Shown here: positions 48,901 through 60,691 of the stretch, one piece after another
Layout: each line of letters opens with the position of its first letter
Numbering within the stretch: the stretch's first letter is position 1
DNA from: Heptranchias perlo
Lineage: Eukaryota
NCBI RefSeq assembly: GCF_035084215.1
Contig: NW_027139581.1
Location: forward strand, 4,154,001 to 4,218,000
DNA length: 64,000 nt
Direction of reading: 5' to 3'
Translations under genes and position numbers: made by a program
The notes under the pieces: generated by a model
The model's input: only the letters and a program-made list of their open reading frames with translations
Databases searched by the model: none
Told to the model about the DNA's origin: nothing

Positions 48901-51600
48901 ACAATGGCCAGTACGTATACATGGGGGCTGATAATACAATAGTCTTTAAGTACACATGGGAGTGATAATATAATGGTGAGTAAGGATACATGGGAGTGAT
49001 GATAGAATGGTCCGTACGTATACATGGCGGATGATAATAAAATGCTCAGTAAGTATACATGGCGGCTGATCATACAATGGTCAGTAAGTATACATGGGGG
49101 TTGATAATACAATGGTCTTTTAAGTATACATGGGGGCTGATAATACAATTGTCAGTAAGTACAAATGGGGGCTGATAATACAATGGTCAATAAGTATACG
49201 CGGCGGCTGATAATGCAATGGTCAGTAAGTGTACACGTGGACTGATAATACAATGGTCAGTAAGGATACATGGGAGTGATAATACAATGGTCAGTAAGTA
49301 TACATGGGGACTGATAATACAATGGTCAGTAAGGATACATGGGAGTGACAATACAATGGTCAGTAAGTATACATGGGGTCTGATAACACAATGGTCAGTA
49401 AGGATACATCGGGGCTGATAATACAATGGTCAGTAAGTATACATGGGGTCTGATAACACAATGGTCAGTAAGGATACATCGGGGCTGATAATACAATGGT
49501 TTCTAAGGATGCATGGGGTCTGATAATACGGTAGTTACTAAGGATGCATGGGGCATGACAACACAATGGTCAGTAATTATACATGGGGGCTGATATTACA
49601 ATGGTCAGTCAGGATACATGGAGACTGATAATATAATGGTCAGTAAGTATACATGGAGTCTGGATTTACAATGGTCAGTAAGTATACATGGAGGCTGATA
49701 ATAAAATGCTCAGTGACTATACATGGGGTCTGATATTACAATGGTTAGTCAGGATACATGGGGGCTGATAATACAATGGTCAGTAAGGATACATGGGGTC
49801 TGATAATATACTGGTCAGGAAGTATACATGGGGTCTGATAATACAATGGTCAGTAAGGATACATGGGGGCTGATAATACAATGGTCAGTATGGATACATG
49901 GGGTCTGATAATATACTGGTCAGGAAGTATACATGGGGTCTGATAATACAATGGTCAGTAAGGATACATGGGGGCTGATAATATACTGGTCAGGAAGTAT
50001 ACATGGGGTCTGATAATACAATGGTCAGTAAGGATACATGGGGGCTGATAATACAATGGTCAGTCACGATACATGGGGGCTGATAATACAATGGTCAGTC
50101 ACGATACATGGGGGCTGATAATACAATGGTCAGTAATGATACATGGGGGCTGATAATACAATGGTCAGTCACGATACATGAGGGCTGATAATACAATGGT
50201 CAGTATGGATACATGGGGTCTGATAATATACTGGTCAGGAAGTATACATGGGGTCTGATAATACAATGGTCAGTAAGGATACATGGGGGCTGATAATACA
50301 ATGGTCAGTCACGATACATGGGGGCTGATAATACAATGGTCAGTCACGATACATGAGGGCTGATAATACAATGGTCAGTATGGATACATGGGGTCTGATA
50401 ATATACTGGTCAGGAAGTATACATGGGGTCTGATAATACAATGGTCAGTAAGGATACATGAGGGCTGATAATACAATGGTCAGTATGGATACATGGGGTC
50501 TGATAATATACTGGTCAGGAAGTATACATGGGGTCTGATAATACAATGGTCAGTAAGTATACATGGGGTCTGATAATACAATGGTCAGTAAGGATACATC
50601 GGGGCTGATAATACAATGGTCAGTAAGTATACATGAGGGCTGATAATACAATATTTACCAAGGATACATGGGGGCTGATAATATAATGGTTACAAAGGAT
50701 GCATGTGGCCTGAAAATATAATGGTTACGAAGGATTCATGGGGCCTGATAATTCAATGGTCAGTAAGGATGCATGGGGCCTGATAATACAATGGTTACTG
50801 AGGATACATGGGGGCCGATAATAGTGGTCAGTGTGTAGACATGGGGGCCGATAATACAATGGTCAGTAATTATCCACGGGGAGTATTAATACAATGGTCA
50901 ATAAGTATACAAGGGTGCTGACAATACAATGGCCAGTACGTATACATGGGGGCTGATAATAGAATGGCCAGTAAGTTTACACGGCGGCTGATAATTGAAT
51001 GGTCAGTAAGTGTACACGGGGGCTGACAATACAATGGCCAGTACGTATACATGGGGGCTGATAATACAATAGTCTTTAAGTACACATGGGAGTGATAATA
51101 TAATGGTGAGTAAGGATACATGGGAGTGATGATAGAATGGTCCGTACGTATACATGGCGGATGATAATAAAATGCTCAGTAAGTATACATGGCGGCTGAT
51201 CATACAATGGTCAGTAAGTATACATGGGGGTTGATAATACAATGGTCTTTTAAGTATACATGGGGGCTGATAATACAATTGTCAGTAAGTACACATGGGG
51301 GCTGATAATACAATGGTCAATAAGTACACGCGGCGGCTGATAATGCAATGGTCAGTAAGTGTACACGTGGACTGATAATACAATGGTCAGTAAGGATACA
51401 TGGGAGTGATAATACAATGGTCAGTAAGTATACATGGGGTCTGATAACACAATGGTCAGTAAGGATACATCGGGGCTGATAATACAATGGTCAGTAAGTA
51501 TACATGGGGTCTGATAACACAATGGTCAGTAAGGATACATCGGGGCTGATAATACAATGGTCAGTAAGTATACATGGAGTCTGATAATACAATGGTCAGT
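45972..51600 (-). repeat. 35-bp satellite (ATGGTCAGTAAGGATACATGGGGGCTGATAATACA), ~160 units, with a ~2.12-kb higher-order duplication
   Basis: Tandem periodicity; identical ORFs 48740-48991 and 50870-51121. Confidence 0.96.
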
Positions 51601-52065
51601 TAGAAAGCATGAGGCAGATCTTGCCAGAAATTGTTCGGAGCGTCGAATCAAAGTTCACCGCCGCTCCTTCGATTTAAATTAACGAAATTCCTTCCGGCGG
51701 GCTCTTCGGCGTCGAATTGTTTGAATTGGACCATGAATCCAATCCTGCTCTGTCCCCCGAGCCTCTGAGCAGCGTTCGTTGCCGCGGCTGGAAATGTCTG
51801 TGAGAGGAGAAGACACGCCCACAAAATCTGTCAGGAAGTGAAGTCACGCCCACAGCTCCAGCCTTCATTGCTCAAAGAGCTGAGCAGACTTCTCATTGAA
51901 AGTTAGTGTTCTTCATGCAATTGTAAATTCAAAATAAACTTTTTATAAAAAGCCGAATTTAAATGCATTTTTAAAAAGCAGTGGAAACTTAAATAAACAG
52001 TCTTTAAAAAGGAGTGTAAAATAAAATGAACTGTTTTTGAAAAGGCTGTTTTTGCACTGAGAAAA

Positions 52066-53030
52066 ATGATGGAACAGCAAAAGATGAATGAGAAGAGGTG
52101 AAACAAATGTTGTGATGAAGACCTCTCCACACTCCTCAATGAGGTTGAGGTGAGGCTTCGGCGGCTTCTGGGGAACGGAAGTCTCGGGCGGCACAGAAAG
52201 TTAGCGTGTTGGTGTGGAAGGAGGTGGCACAGGTTCTGAGCACTAACAGCATCGTGTCACGGAGAGCGGAACAGGGCCGCAAAAAATCAATGATTTAATG
52301 CAGTCGGCTAGGATGTATAGAGAGTTTTTGAAATTCAAAAGTTCAGATTTAATTGTGCTGAGTTTTCCTAATGCACAAACACAGGGTGTTTCTGGGTGGT
52401 GTGGTCAAGGTTCAATCCAATGGCAACTGGTCGTAAAACTCAGTTGCCATTGTGGACGGGCCTCACTAAATGCTTTTCGAGATCTTTTATCCCTACTCCA
52501 GAGATTTGAGGTGTTAAATTACAATTAGTGAATTAGACCCTGTCTCCAAACCCCCAACTTATCTCTCTCACACAAACAAGCACAAACTGATTTTTATTGT
52601 TCAATGTCCTGTAGTGTAAAATGGCTTTTAATAACCGTGAGAGGTCGAAGACCGGCGGCGGTTCAGCCTTTATGAGGGAGATGACCGAGCATGAAGAAAG
52701 GGCCACTCAGCTGCAGGGCAACACTTCCAGTTTAGTGTCTGGTGACCGATCAGACACTGGAGCGAGGAAAGGTGAGTTTCACATTCCTCTATTGGCCAGC
52801 TGCATGTTTAAAACCTGCGTGTTGTCTGAAGGATGGGAAAAGGAGATTCGAGTCTGACCATGCTCGTGCAGCGTGTGGGCGTCTGTGATGTGACCGATGA
52901 ACATGCTTCACCAGTGGAACATTTTGTTCTTCCTTCCCACAGATGCACAGCCGTCTGAGGACACTCGGGCTGCAGAAGGTGGTGACTCGGCGGCTGCAGA
53001 GAGTGATGGTGTTTTTGCTGCAGAGGGAAA
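52066..53030 (+). pseudogene. Myb/SANT-like DNA-binding gene of PIF/Harbinger type (NAIF1/MSANTD-like), three exons, disrupted
   Basis: DEDLSTLLNEVEVR..VWKEVAQVLSTNSIVSRRAEQGRKK.NDL; exon 2 (52615-52771) KMAFNNRERSKTGGG..MTEHEER with AG/GTGAGT borders; exon 3 from 52943; stops, frameshifts, mutated first donor; followed by a CR1 tail ~53030-53145. Confidence 0.75.
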
Positions 53031-53196
53031 AAAAATCAGGGCTACGGGGGGGGCAGTGGGAATAACTGGAATGCTCTTGCATGGAGCCGGCACGGACCGA
53101 ATGGCCGAATCGCCTCCTTCCGTGCTGTCACCTTTCCATGTTTCTCTGATGCAAATTGAAGAAGATTTACAGTGAGCAGTATCAAAATGCAACAAC

Positions 53197-53279
53197 TACC
53201 AGGAGTGGGGTACGAACCCACGCGGGTATAAAGCCATGGGAGTTTCAGTCCAACGCTTTAACCACTCGGCCATCCTGGT
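53197..53279 (-). tRNA. tRNA-Leu(TAA)-derived pseudogene; anticodon now reads GAA
   Basis: ACCAGGATGGCCGAGTGGTTAAAGCGTTGGACTGAAACTCCCATGG...GTGGGTTCGTACCCCACTCCTGGTA, 83 nt, long variable arm, intact acceptor stem, TTTT terminator; B-box A58>T and D- and anticodon-stem mismatches. Confidence 0.85.
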
Positions 53280-54000
53280 CGTTTCGCAGTTTGGCGTGGT
53301 GTGTAATATTCTTGAGTCTCACTGCTTCATTTACATTGTCAGTCAAAGTCCAGGATGAAATGATGTGTGGAGCGGGGAAAGTGTGACAGAGAGAAACTCT
53401 GAAAAGCGTTGAAGAAGTGACACACACGCTCTGACACATGACACACACACACACACACACACAGCCACGGACACCTCTATGTGTGAGTGTGTGATGTGTC
53501 TGTCCGTGCGATCCGCGTCCGTGCCGGCTTCAATTTTTAATGAAATGACCCATTTGATGTCAGTTTGTTGAACTTTCCACGGGCCACTGTTGAAAGAAGA
53601 CTCACCGTTCACATTTCCATCTCTCTGTTGGTTAAGATCCAGAATAAAGTGATGTGGGGTGCGAGGAAAAGAGTGATAAAGAGAGACACTCAGAAAGAGA
53701 GAGAGACACTGGGACAGAAAGAGACTCTCTCGGTCTGTCTGAGTCTGTGTCAGTCTCTCTCCCTCCATCTGTCCAATACCCGCAGATTTGAGACTCACGG
53801 GGTCAAAGAAGGAAACAGATTGGAGAAAATTGAGCCTGTGTCCTGTTTCAAAACCGACTCCCAGGAAAACGGCTCCGGTTGAATCGTTAAATGGTCCAAG
53901 TGTTTCCGGCCAGTTTGACCTCCTCCCTGAGATGGCGAGACACGGGGACGTGGCGCGATTAAAAGGCTTCGGAAAAATCATTTCCAATTGGATATTCTCC

Positions 54001-54052
54001 ATCGTGGTGAGATATCCCCCCTCAGCCAGGGATTTAGCTCCCCGACGGGGAG
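54001..54052 (+). pseudogene. tRNA-Asp remnant with internal deletion
   Basis: gtggtgagatatcccccct...ctccccgacggggag. Confidence 0.55.
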
Positions 54053-54296
54053 GAAGCATTTTGAAGACGCCAACTACAAATTTTACTTCTTTGCCTCGCT
54101 TCGTCTTCAAAAGCGACAGAGAAAAATAGAACAGAAAAAGAATGAAACAGGTGATTGTCACTTTCAGAATATTATTGAGCGGAGACTGTTTGGGGACTGA
54201 ATTCTTGGGGCCCGTCTGTTGCAGAGCACAAATGTGTTCCGATCTGTTTCCTTCTTTGACCCTGTGATTCTCAGATCTGCGGGTATTAGAGAGAGG

Positions 54297-54456
54297 NNNN
54301 NNNNNNNNNNNNNNNNNNNNNNNNNNNNNNNNNNNNNNNNNNNNNNNNNNNNNNNNNNNNNNNNNNNNNNNNNNNNNNNNNNNNNNNNNNNNNNNNNNNN
54401 NNNNNNNNNNNNNNNNNNNNNNNNNNNNNNNNNNNNNNNNNNNNNNNNNNNNNNNN
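54297..54456. other. Assembly gap (160 N)
   Basis: Run of N. Confidence 1.
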
Positions 54457-54671
54457 AGACACCTTGAAACATGAAGGTGGGGGGAGAGATTTAACGATTA
54501 TTCCTGTGTGTGTAATATACCTGTTTGTGTGTGTGTCTCACTTTTTCCAACGTTCTCTCTTTCTCTCTCTGTCACTCTCTCCCGCGCTCCCCACATCACG
54601 TTATTCTGGACCTTGACGAACAGAGAGATGGAAATGTGAAAGGTCAGTCTTCTTTCAACAGTGGCCCGTGG

Positions 54672-54716
54672 AAACCAGGGTTCAATTTCCCGACCGGGAG
54701 GTTATTGTTTTTTTGC
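54672..54716 (+). pseudogene. 3' half of a tRNA-Asp-like gene followed by a T-run
   Basis: accagggttcaatttcccgaccgggag then ttgttttttt. Confidence 0.5.
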
Positions 54717-54889
54717 CTTTAAAAGCTTCACTTTCATTTCTCTTGCAATTTATCTCCAAGTGGAGGTTTACCAGAAAGATCCCACATACAACAATGAAAT
54801 GGATGGTCAGTCAATCTGCGTTTTGGTGGTGTTAGTTGAGGGAGGAAAGATAACTTCCTTAATAATGGATTCTAACATTTTCATTTTAG

Positions 54890-55145
54890 GCACAGACACA
54901 CACAGCCATGTACACACGCAGACACTGATACACCGATAGATACTCACACACAAAGGTACACACACTGAGAGACAGACACACACAAAGGTACACAGACAGA
55001 GAGACAGACACACACAAAGGTACACAGACAGAGAGACAGACACACACAAAGGTACACACACTGAGAGACAGACACACACAAAGGTACACAGACAGAGAGA
55101 CAGACACACACAAAGGTACACAGACAGAGAGACAGACACACACGC
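54890..55145. repeat. CA/GA compound microsatellite organised as ~30-bp units
   Basis: cacacaaaggtacacagacagagagacaga repeats. Confidence 0.9.
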
Positions 55146-55262
55146 GTAGATTGAAACGCAGAGATGAAAGGTCATCAAATAAATGGATAAAATAGGTTCA
55201 CTGAAATTTGAAGCGTGTCTCCCGCCGTCTCTGGTGAGTGTCCTTTCTGTGGCCACGCCGGC

Positions 55263-55334
55263 TCCTCGTTAATACAGTGCTGAGTATCCCCGCCTGTCAC
55301 TCGGGGGACCGCGGGTCAATTCGCACGACGGGGA
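55263..55334 (+). tRNA. tRNA-Asp(GTC) pseudogene
   Basis: TCCTCGTTAATACAGTGCTGAGTATCCCCGCCTGTCACTCGGGGGACCGCGGGTCAATTCGCACGACGGGAG follows vertebrate tRNA-Asp-GTC with broken A and B boxes. Confidence 0.85.
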
Positions 55335-55724
55335 GATTATAAATTTGCTGCCTTTAAATGGTTCGCATTCATTTCTCTTGCAGTTTTCTGAGTGCTTCTG
55401 TGTCTTTCCTTCTCTCTGTCACTCTTTCCTCATCCCCAACAGCATTTTAGTCAGGACTTTGACGAACAAAGTGATGAAAAATGACACAGAGCCGCAGAAC
55501 TGGTCCAGTTGTCAGCCGTCGCTCAGTGGGGAGCACTCTCGGCAGCGAGCACACAATCTGCTGAAAGAAGGCTTGTCTTTCACATTTCCATCTCTTTGTC
55601 AGTAAAGATGAAATGATGTGGGGAGCGGGGGAAAGAGTGACAGAGGGAAAGAACGATAGAGAGACACTCGGAAAAGCTTTGAAGAAGTGAGACACACACA
55701 GACAGACACATGAGACACACAGCC

Positions 55725-56590
55725 ATCATAGAATCTAAGAAAATTTGCGGCACAGAAGTAGGCCATTCGGCCCATCGTGTCCACGCCATCTGAGAAACGA
55801 GCCACCCAGCCGAATCCAACCTTCCCGCATTTGGTCCGTAGCCCTGCAGGTCACGGCTCTTCAGGTGCACATCCAGGTATTTTTGAAATGAGTTGAGGGT
55901 TTCTGCCTCTATCACCCTCTCAGGCAGTGAGTTCCAGATCCCCACCACATTCTGGGTGGAAATGTTTTCCACATTTCCGCTCTAATCCTTCTACCAATCA
56001 CTTTAAATCTATGCCCCCTGGTTAATGAACCCTCCGTTAATGGAAATAAGTCCTTCCTATCCACTCTATCAAGGCCCCTCATAATTTTGTACACCTCAAT
56101 CAAATCTCCCCTCAGCCTCCTCTGTTCCAAGGAAAACAACCCCAGCCCATCCAATCTGTCATCATAGCTAAAATTCTCCAGTCCTGGTAACATCGTTCTA
56201 AATCTCCTCTGCACCCTCTCTAATGTAATTACTTCCTTTCTGTAATGTGGTGACCAGAACTCTGCGCAGTACTCAAGCTGTGGCCTAACTAGTGTTTTAT
56301 ACAGTTCCAGCATAACCTCCCTGCTTTTATATTCTATGCCTCCTCTAATAAAGGAAAGTATCCCGTATGCCTTCTTAACCACCTTATACCTGTCCTGCTA
56401 CCTTCAGGGATCGGTGGACATGCACTTCAAAGTCCCTCAATTCCTCGACACCTTTCAGTATCCTCCCATTTATTGTGTATTCCCTTGCCTTGTTTGCCCT
56501 CCCCAATTGCATTAACTTTACACTTCCCTGGACTGAACTCCATTTGCCACCTATTTGCCCACCTGACCAGTCCATTCATATCTTCCTGCT
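55725..56590 (-). mobile_element. CR1 3' fragment
   Basis: ORF 55912-56382 LVRPQLEYCAEFWSPHYRK. Confidence 0.92.
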
Positions 56591-58075
56591 TTCGTTTTCC
56601 AAAATTCACTGGATACAGGCGTATTGCCAGAGGATTGGAGGACTGCTAATGTTGCACTGTTGTTTGAAAAGGGACCGAAAGATAGGCCAGTCATTCTCAC
56701 CTCGTGGTGGGCAAATTATCGGAATCAATTCTGAAGGACAGGATAAACTGTCATTTAAAAGGACAGTCAAGGACAGTCAGCACGGATTTGTTAACGGGAG
56801 GTTGCGTCTGACTGACTTGATTGAATTTTTCGAGGAGGTGACCGGGAGGATCGATGGGGGTAGCGCAATTGATGTAGTGTACATGGATTTTAGGATGGCT
56901 TTTGACAAGGTCCCACATGGCAGATTGGTCAAAAAAGTAAAGGCCCATGGGATCCAAGGGAATGTGGCAAATTGGATCCAAAATTGGCTCAGTTGCAGCG
57001 AGGAAAGGGTTAACGTCGACGGGTGTTTTTGTGACTAGAAGGCTGTTTCCAGTGGGGTGCCGCAGGGCTCCGGTATTAGGCTCTTTGCTTTTTCTTGTGC
57101 ACATTAACGATTTGGACTGAAACGTAGGGGGCATGATTAAGAAATTTGCGGATGACACAAAGATATGCCGTGCGGTTGATAGTGAGGAAGAAAGCTATAG
57201 ACTGCAGGAAGATATCAATGGATGGTCAGATGGGCAGAAAAGTGGCAAATGGAATTCAATCCGGTGAAGTGTGAGGTAATGCATTTGGAAAGGGCAAACA
57301 AGGCAAGGGAGTACACAATAAATAGGATGATACTGAGAGGTGCAGAGGAATTGAGGGACCTTGGAGTGCATGTCCACAGATCTCTGAAGGTAGCAGGACA
57401 GGTGGATATGGTGGTTAAAAAGACATACGGAATGCTTCGCTTTATTAGCCGAGGCATAGAATGCAAAATCATGGATGTTATGTTAGAACTGTATAAAACA
57501 CTAGTTAGGCCACAGCTTGAGTACTGCGCACAGTTCTGGTCACCAAATTACAGGAAGGATGTAATTGCACGAGAGAGGGTGCAGAGGAGATTTAGTAGGA
57601 TGTTGCCAGGATTGGAGAATTTTAGCTATGATGACAGATTGGATAGGCTGGGGTTGTTTTCCTTGGAAAAGAGGAGGCTGAGGGGTGATTTGATTGAGGT
57701 GTACAAAATTATGAGGGGCCGAGATAGAGTGGATAGGAAGGACCTATTTCCCTTGGCGGAGGCGTCAATAAGCAAGGAGCATAGATTTAAAGTGATTGGT
57801 ATTATTTTTCGGATTAGAGCGGAAATGAGGGGAAAAAAAAATTCACCCAGAGGTTGGTGGGGGTCTCGAACTCACTGCCTGAAAGAGTTGTTTGAGGCAG
57901 AAACCCTTAACTCATTTCAACAATACCTGGATGTGCACCTGAAGAGCCGTGACCTGCAGGGCTACGGACCAAATGCGGGAAAGTGGGATTAGGCCGGGTG
58001 TCTCGGTTCTCAGCCAGCGCAGACAGGAAAGGCCGAATTGCCTCCTTCTGTGCCATAAATTTTCAATGCTTCTAT
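56591..58075 (+). mobile_element. CR1 RT-to-tail fragment
   Basis: SQHGFVNGR, VYMDFRMAFDKVPH, FADD, ORF 57222-57992. Confidence 0.93.
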
Positions 58076-58939
58076 AAACAATAAAATGTATTGAGATATT
58101 GAAGCAGACTGTAAATATTGTATTGGACATTGAAATTCCTCCAGAGCCGATGAATGAGATGAAGTGGTAAAATAATGGGATAACACTGGAACAGAACAGG
58201 GGGTTGAAATTAAAGTAAAGAGGGGCACAGATATTTGGATTTTCAATGTACAGGGTTAGGTTCCTTTGAGTTAACAATTAAATTGGGCTGGGGGGAAATA
58301 ATACTCAGCAAAAAATTATCCATAAGGTGGATATTAGCAACAGGATAACTGGAGAATCTTTAAAGTCCATGATTTCTTGATAATATGGCACACTTTAATT
58401 TCCTGTACAGGGTATTATGATTTTCTTTGTCTATATCATAATGTATAATATTAACCCAATGAAACTTGGAGCAATATGTACTTGTCTATCTGTGCTTATG
58501 TAAATCTGATGATGATAAAATATAAACTCAGGATGATCTTCGGCAGCCAAGGAGAAAGTTGAGGGTTAAAGTGAAAATTGAACCAGAGTGGTTTCACTCA
58601 GGTTCAAGAGGAGGGACTTTAAGAATATGGTTTAAAACTAGTTAAGTGTCCCACCTCGCATAGCTCGCATAGCGCCCGAGACATTTAGCAAGAGGGTGAT
58701 GTTGAGGGGGGCATGGTTCAGCGTCTCAAGAGATGTGGGAACCAATGACCTCCGCATTCCTCAGAGGAACAAATAGCTTGTAAACAGCGATAAAGGTTAA
58801 TAACTACTCATATCGGAATCACGTGGAAGTAATTATTGGAGGATTAAAAACCCCTTTGTTGCCACAGTAACAGAAAAATCTGCTAATATTGTGTATCATT
58901 TGTCGTTCGGGTTCTAATTATTTGTGGTGCATTGACCAC

Positions 58940-59620
58940 ATTAAACAGCTGACTGTTCGCAAACTTGGCGCCCGATTTGACCCTCGGCTGAGCCTCCAAC
59001 CCTGTGTCGTCTTCATCACCAAGACCGCCTACTTCCACTTCCGTCACATCGCCCGTCTCCGCCCTTGCCTCAGCTATCCATGTCTTTGTTACCAATAGAC
59101 TCAACTATTCCATTGATCTCCTGGATTATCTCGCACGTTGCACCCTCTGTAAACTTGAGCTCATCCAAAACTTTGTTGCCCATATCCTATCTCGCACCAA
59201 GTCCCGTTCACCCATCACCCCTGTACTCGCTGACCCACATTGGCTCCCAATCCAACAATGCTTCTATGGCCTCACCCCTCCCTTTCTTTGTAACTTCCTC
59301 CAGCACTAAAACCCCCTGAGATCTCTGTTCCTCTTGCGCATCCCCGATTTTAATCGCTCCACCATTGGCGGTCGTACCTTCGGCTGTCTACGCCCTACAC
59401 TGTGGAGTTCCCTCCCTAACCCTCTCTGCTTCTCTATCTCTCTCTCCTCCTTTAAGATGCTCCTTAAAACCTTCCTCTTTGATTAAGCTTTTGGTCACCT
59501 GTCCTAATATCTCCTTATGTGTCTTGGTGTCAAGTTGTGTTTGATAATCGCTTCTGTGAAGCGCCTTGTGGAGTTTTATTGCGTTAAAGGCGCCATATAA
59601 ATGCAAGATGTTGTTGTTTT
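58940..59620 (+). mobile_element. L2 3' fragment
   Basis: ITKTAYFHFRHIARLRP, KLELIQNF, HWLPIQQ; tail aaatgcaagatgttgttg. Confidence 0.87.
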
Positions 59621-59758
59621 TATTGTTAACAGAATTTAGCATGTGACTGCGGCGGACCATAACGTGAGAGGAGACTGCGAGGTGCGCCTGGTCACTGCAC
59701 AGTCATTTCGCCTCTGGAGCTTGACATGAAAAGATAGAGGTCGCTTTTCTCTGATGGG

Positions 59759-59774
59759 ACACTAGGTGGCGCAG
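59759..59774 (+). promoter_or_regulatory. CTCF-like motif just beyond the IgM membrane poly(A) site
   Basis: ACACTAGGTGGCGCAG versus consensus CCASYAGRKGGCRS; overlaps a tRNA/SINE A-box-like sequence. Confidence 0.45.
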
Positions 59775-59939
59775 TGGATCCTTAACTGAAGGGTCCTGGG
59801 TTCAAACACAACCCAAACAGGACGGATGCAAAATATCTGTCAGGGAAAAAGAATTGAGATCGGCAAAATATAACAGTGTGGCTTAATCTTGGAGAAAGAA
59901 ATTCAGCAAAGTCCAAATTAGTCCATTTGTCATTCAAGA

Positions 59940-59945
59940 TTTATT
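59940..59945 (-). terminator. Poly(A) signal for membrane IgM
   Basis: AATAAA on minus, ~470 nt after the TM2 stop. Confidence 0.6.
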
Positions 59946-60415
59946 AACAATTTAAAAGTTTACAATTTACAAAGAAGTTTTAAAAAGTTAACACGAACTG
60001 AATGTAACAACTTAGTGTCACATTGAGAATAGAACAGAGCCGGTCTGAGCTGCCAGCTGTCTTCACAACTGTAATAGACAGCAGAGAATGAAAACAGAGG
60101 CTCAACATAAAGGGAAGGAAACAACTGTGGATAAGGAATGAGAAAAGTTAATTATTTACACATGAATTATTAAAACAAAGGTGAAAGCGGACTCAAACTC
60201 TAAGAATCATTTACATTAGAGCGATGGTTATCTCACACATTAATAAACATTTCAATCAGAAAGACGGAAATCCCGTTTATGTTTTTCTCAGCTATAGATG
60301 TCGATATATTAACTGACGGCGTTTCACTTTGAGAATCACCAGGAGGAATTCTTCTTTTCATAATATAGAGATGTTAATAAACAGATGTGCAAAATCCACG
60401 CCGAAATTCAACCGA

Positions 60416-60424
60416 TCACTTTAC
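60416..60424 (-). CDS. IGHM: IgM TM2 exon (V-K-stop)
   Basis: ccctcttttacag|GTA AAG TGA; completes the KVK cytoplasmic tail. Confidence 0.9.
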   Translation of the reverse strand, partial: VK

Positions 60425-60563
60425 CTGTAAAAGAGGGATAAAAGAATGAAGCAGATATTTAATGGTCCGTGCATTTATTTCAGGGTTTTTATGAATGAAA
60501 CTTTTAGAGGCTTTTCAAACCGCTTCATTCAGATCAAAGTGTCACTGGATTGAATCTTCTCAC

Positions 60564-60691
60564 CTTCACCAGAGTGACGACAGCGCTGTAGAAAATGCTC
60601 AGGAAGAACAGAATGATGAATGTGGAAGCGGTTGTCCAGATGTTGCCGCTCTCTTCCTCATAGTCTTCAACCCAGGCCTGGTTTATGGAAT
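60564..60691 (-). CDS. IGHM: IgM TM1 exon (DSINQAWVEDYEEESGNIWTTASTFIILFFLSIFYSAVVTLVK)
   Basis: Acceptor ctcctctccatccccgtag, donor AAG|GTGAGA; acidic spacer plus antigen-receptor TM motif WTTASTF..LF.LS.FYS; phase 1 matches the Cmu4 internal donor. Confidence 0.93.

Noticed and set aside
45972-51600. CRISPR-like array (35-bp repeats)
   Set aside because: Units are head-to-tail with no unique spacers, no cas genes, vertebrate context.
53343-54161. 272-aa minus-strand ORF
   Set aside because: Crosses microsatellites, tRNA spacer modules and a tRNA remnant; no recognisable domain.
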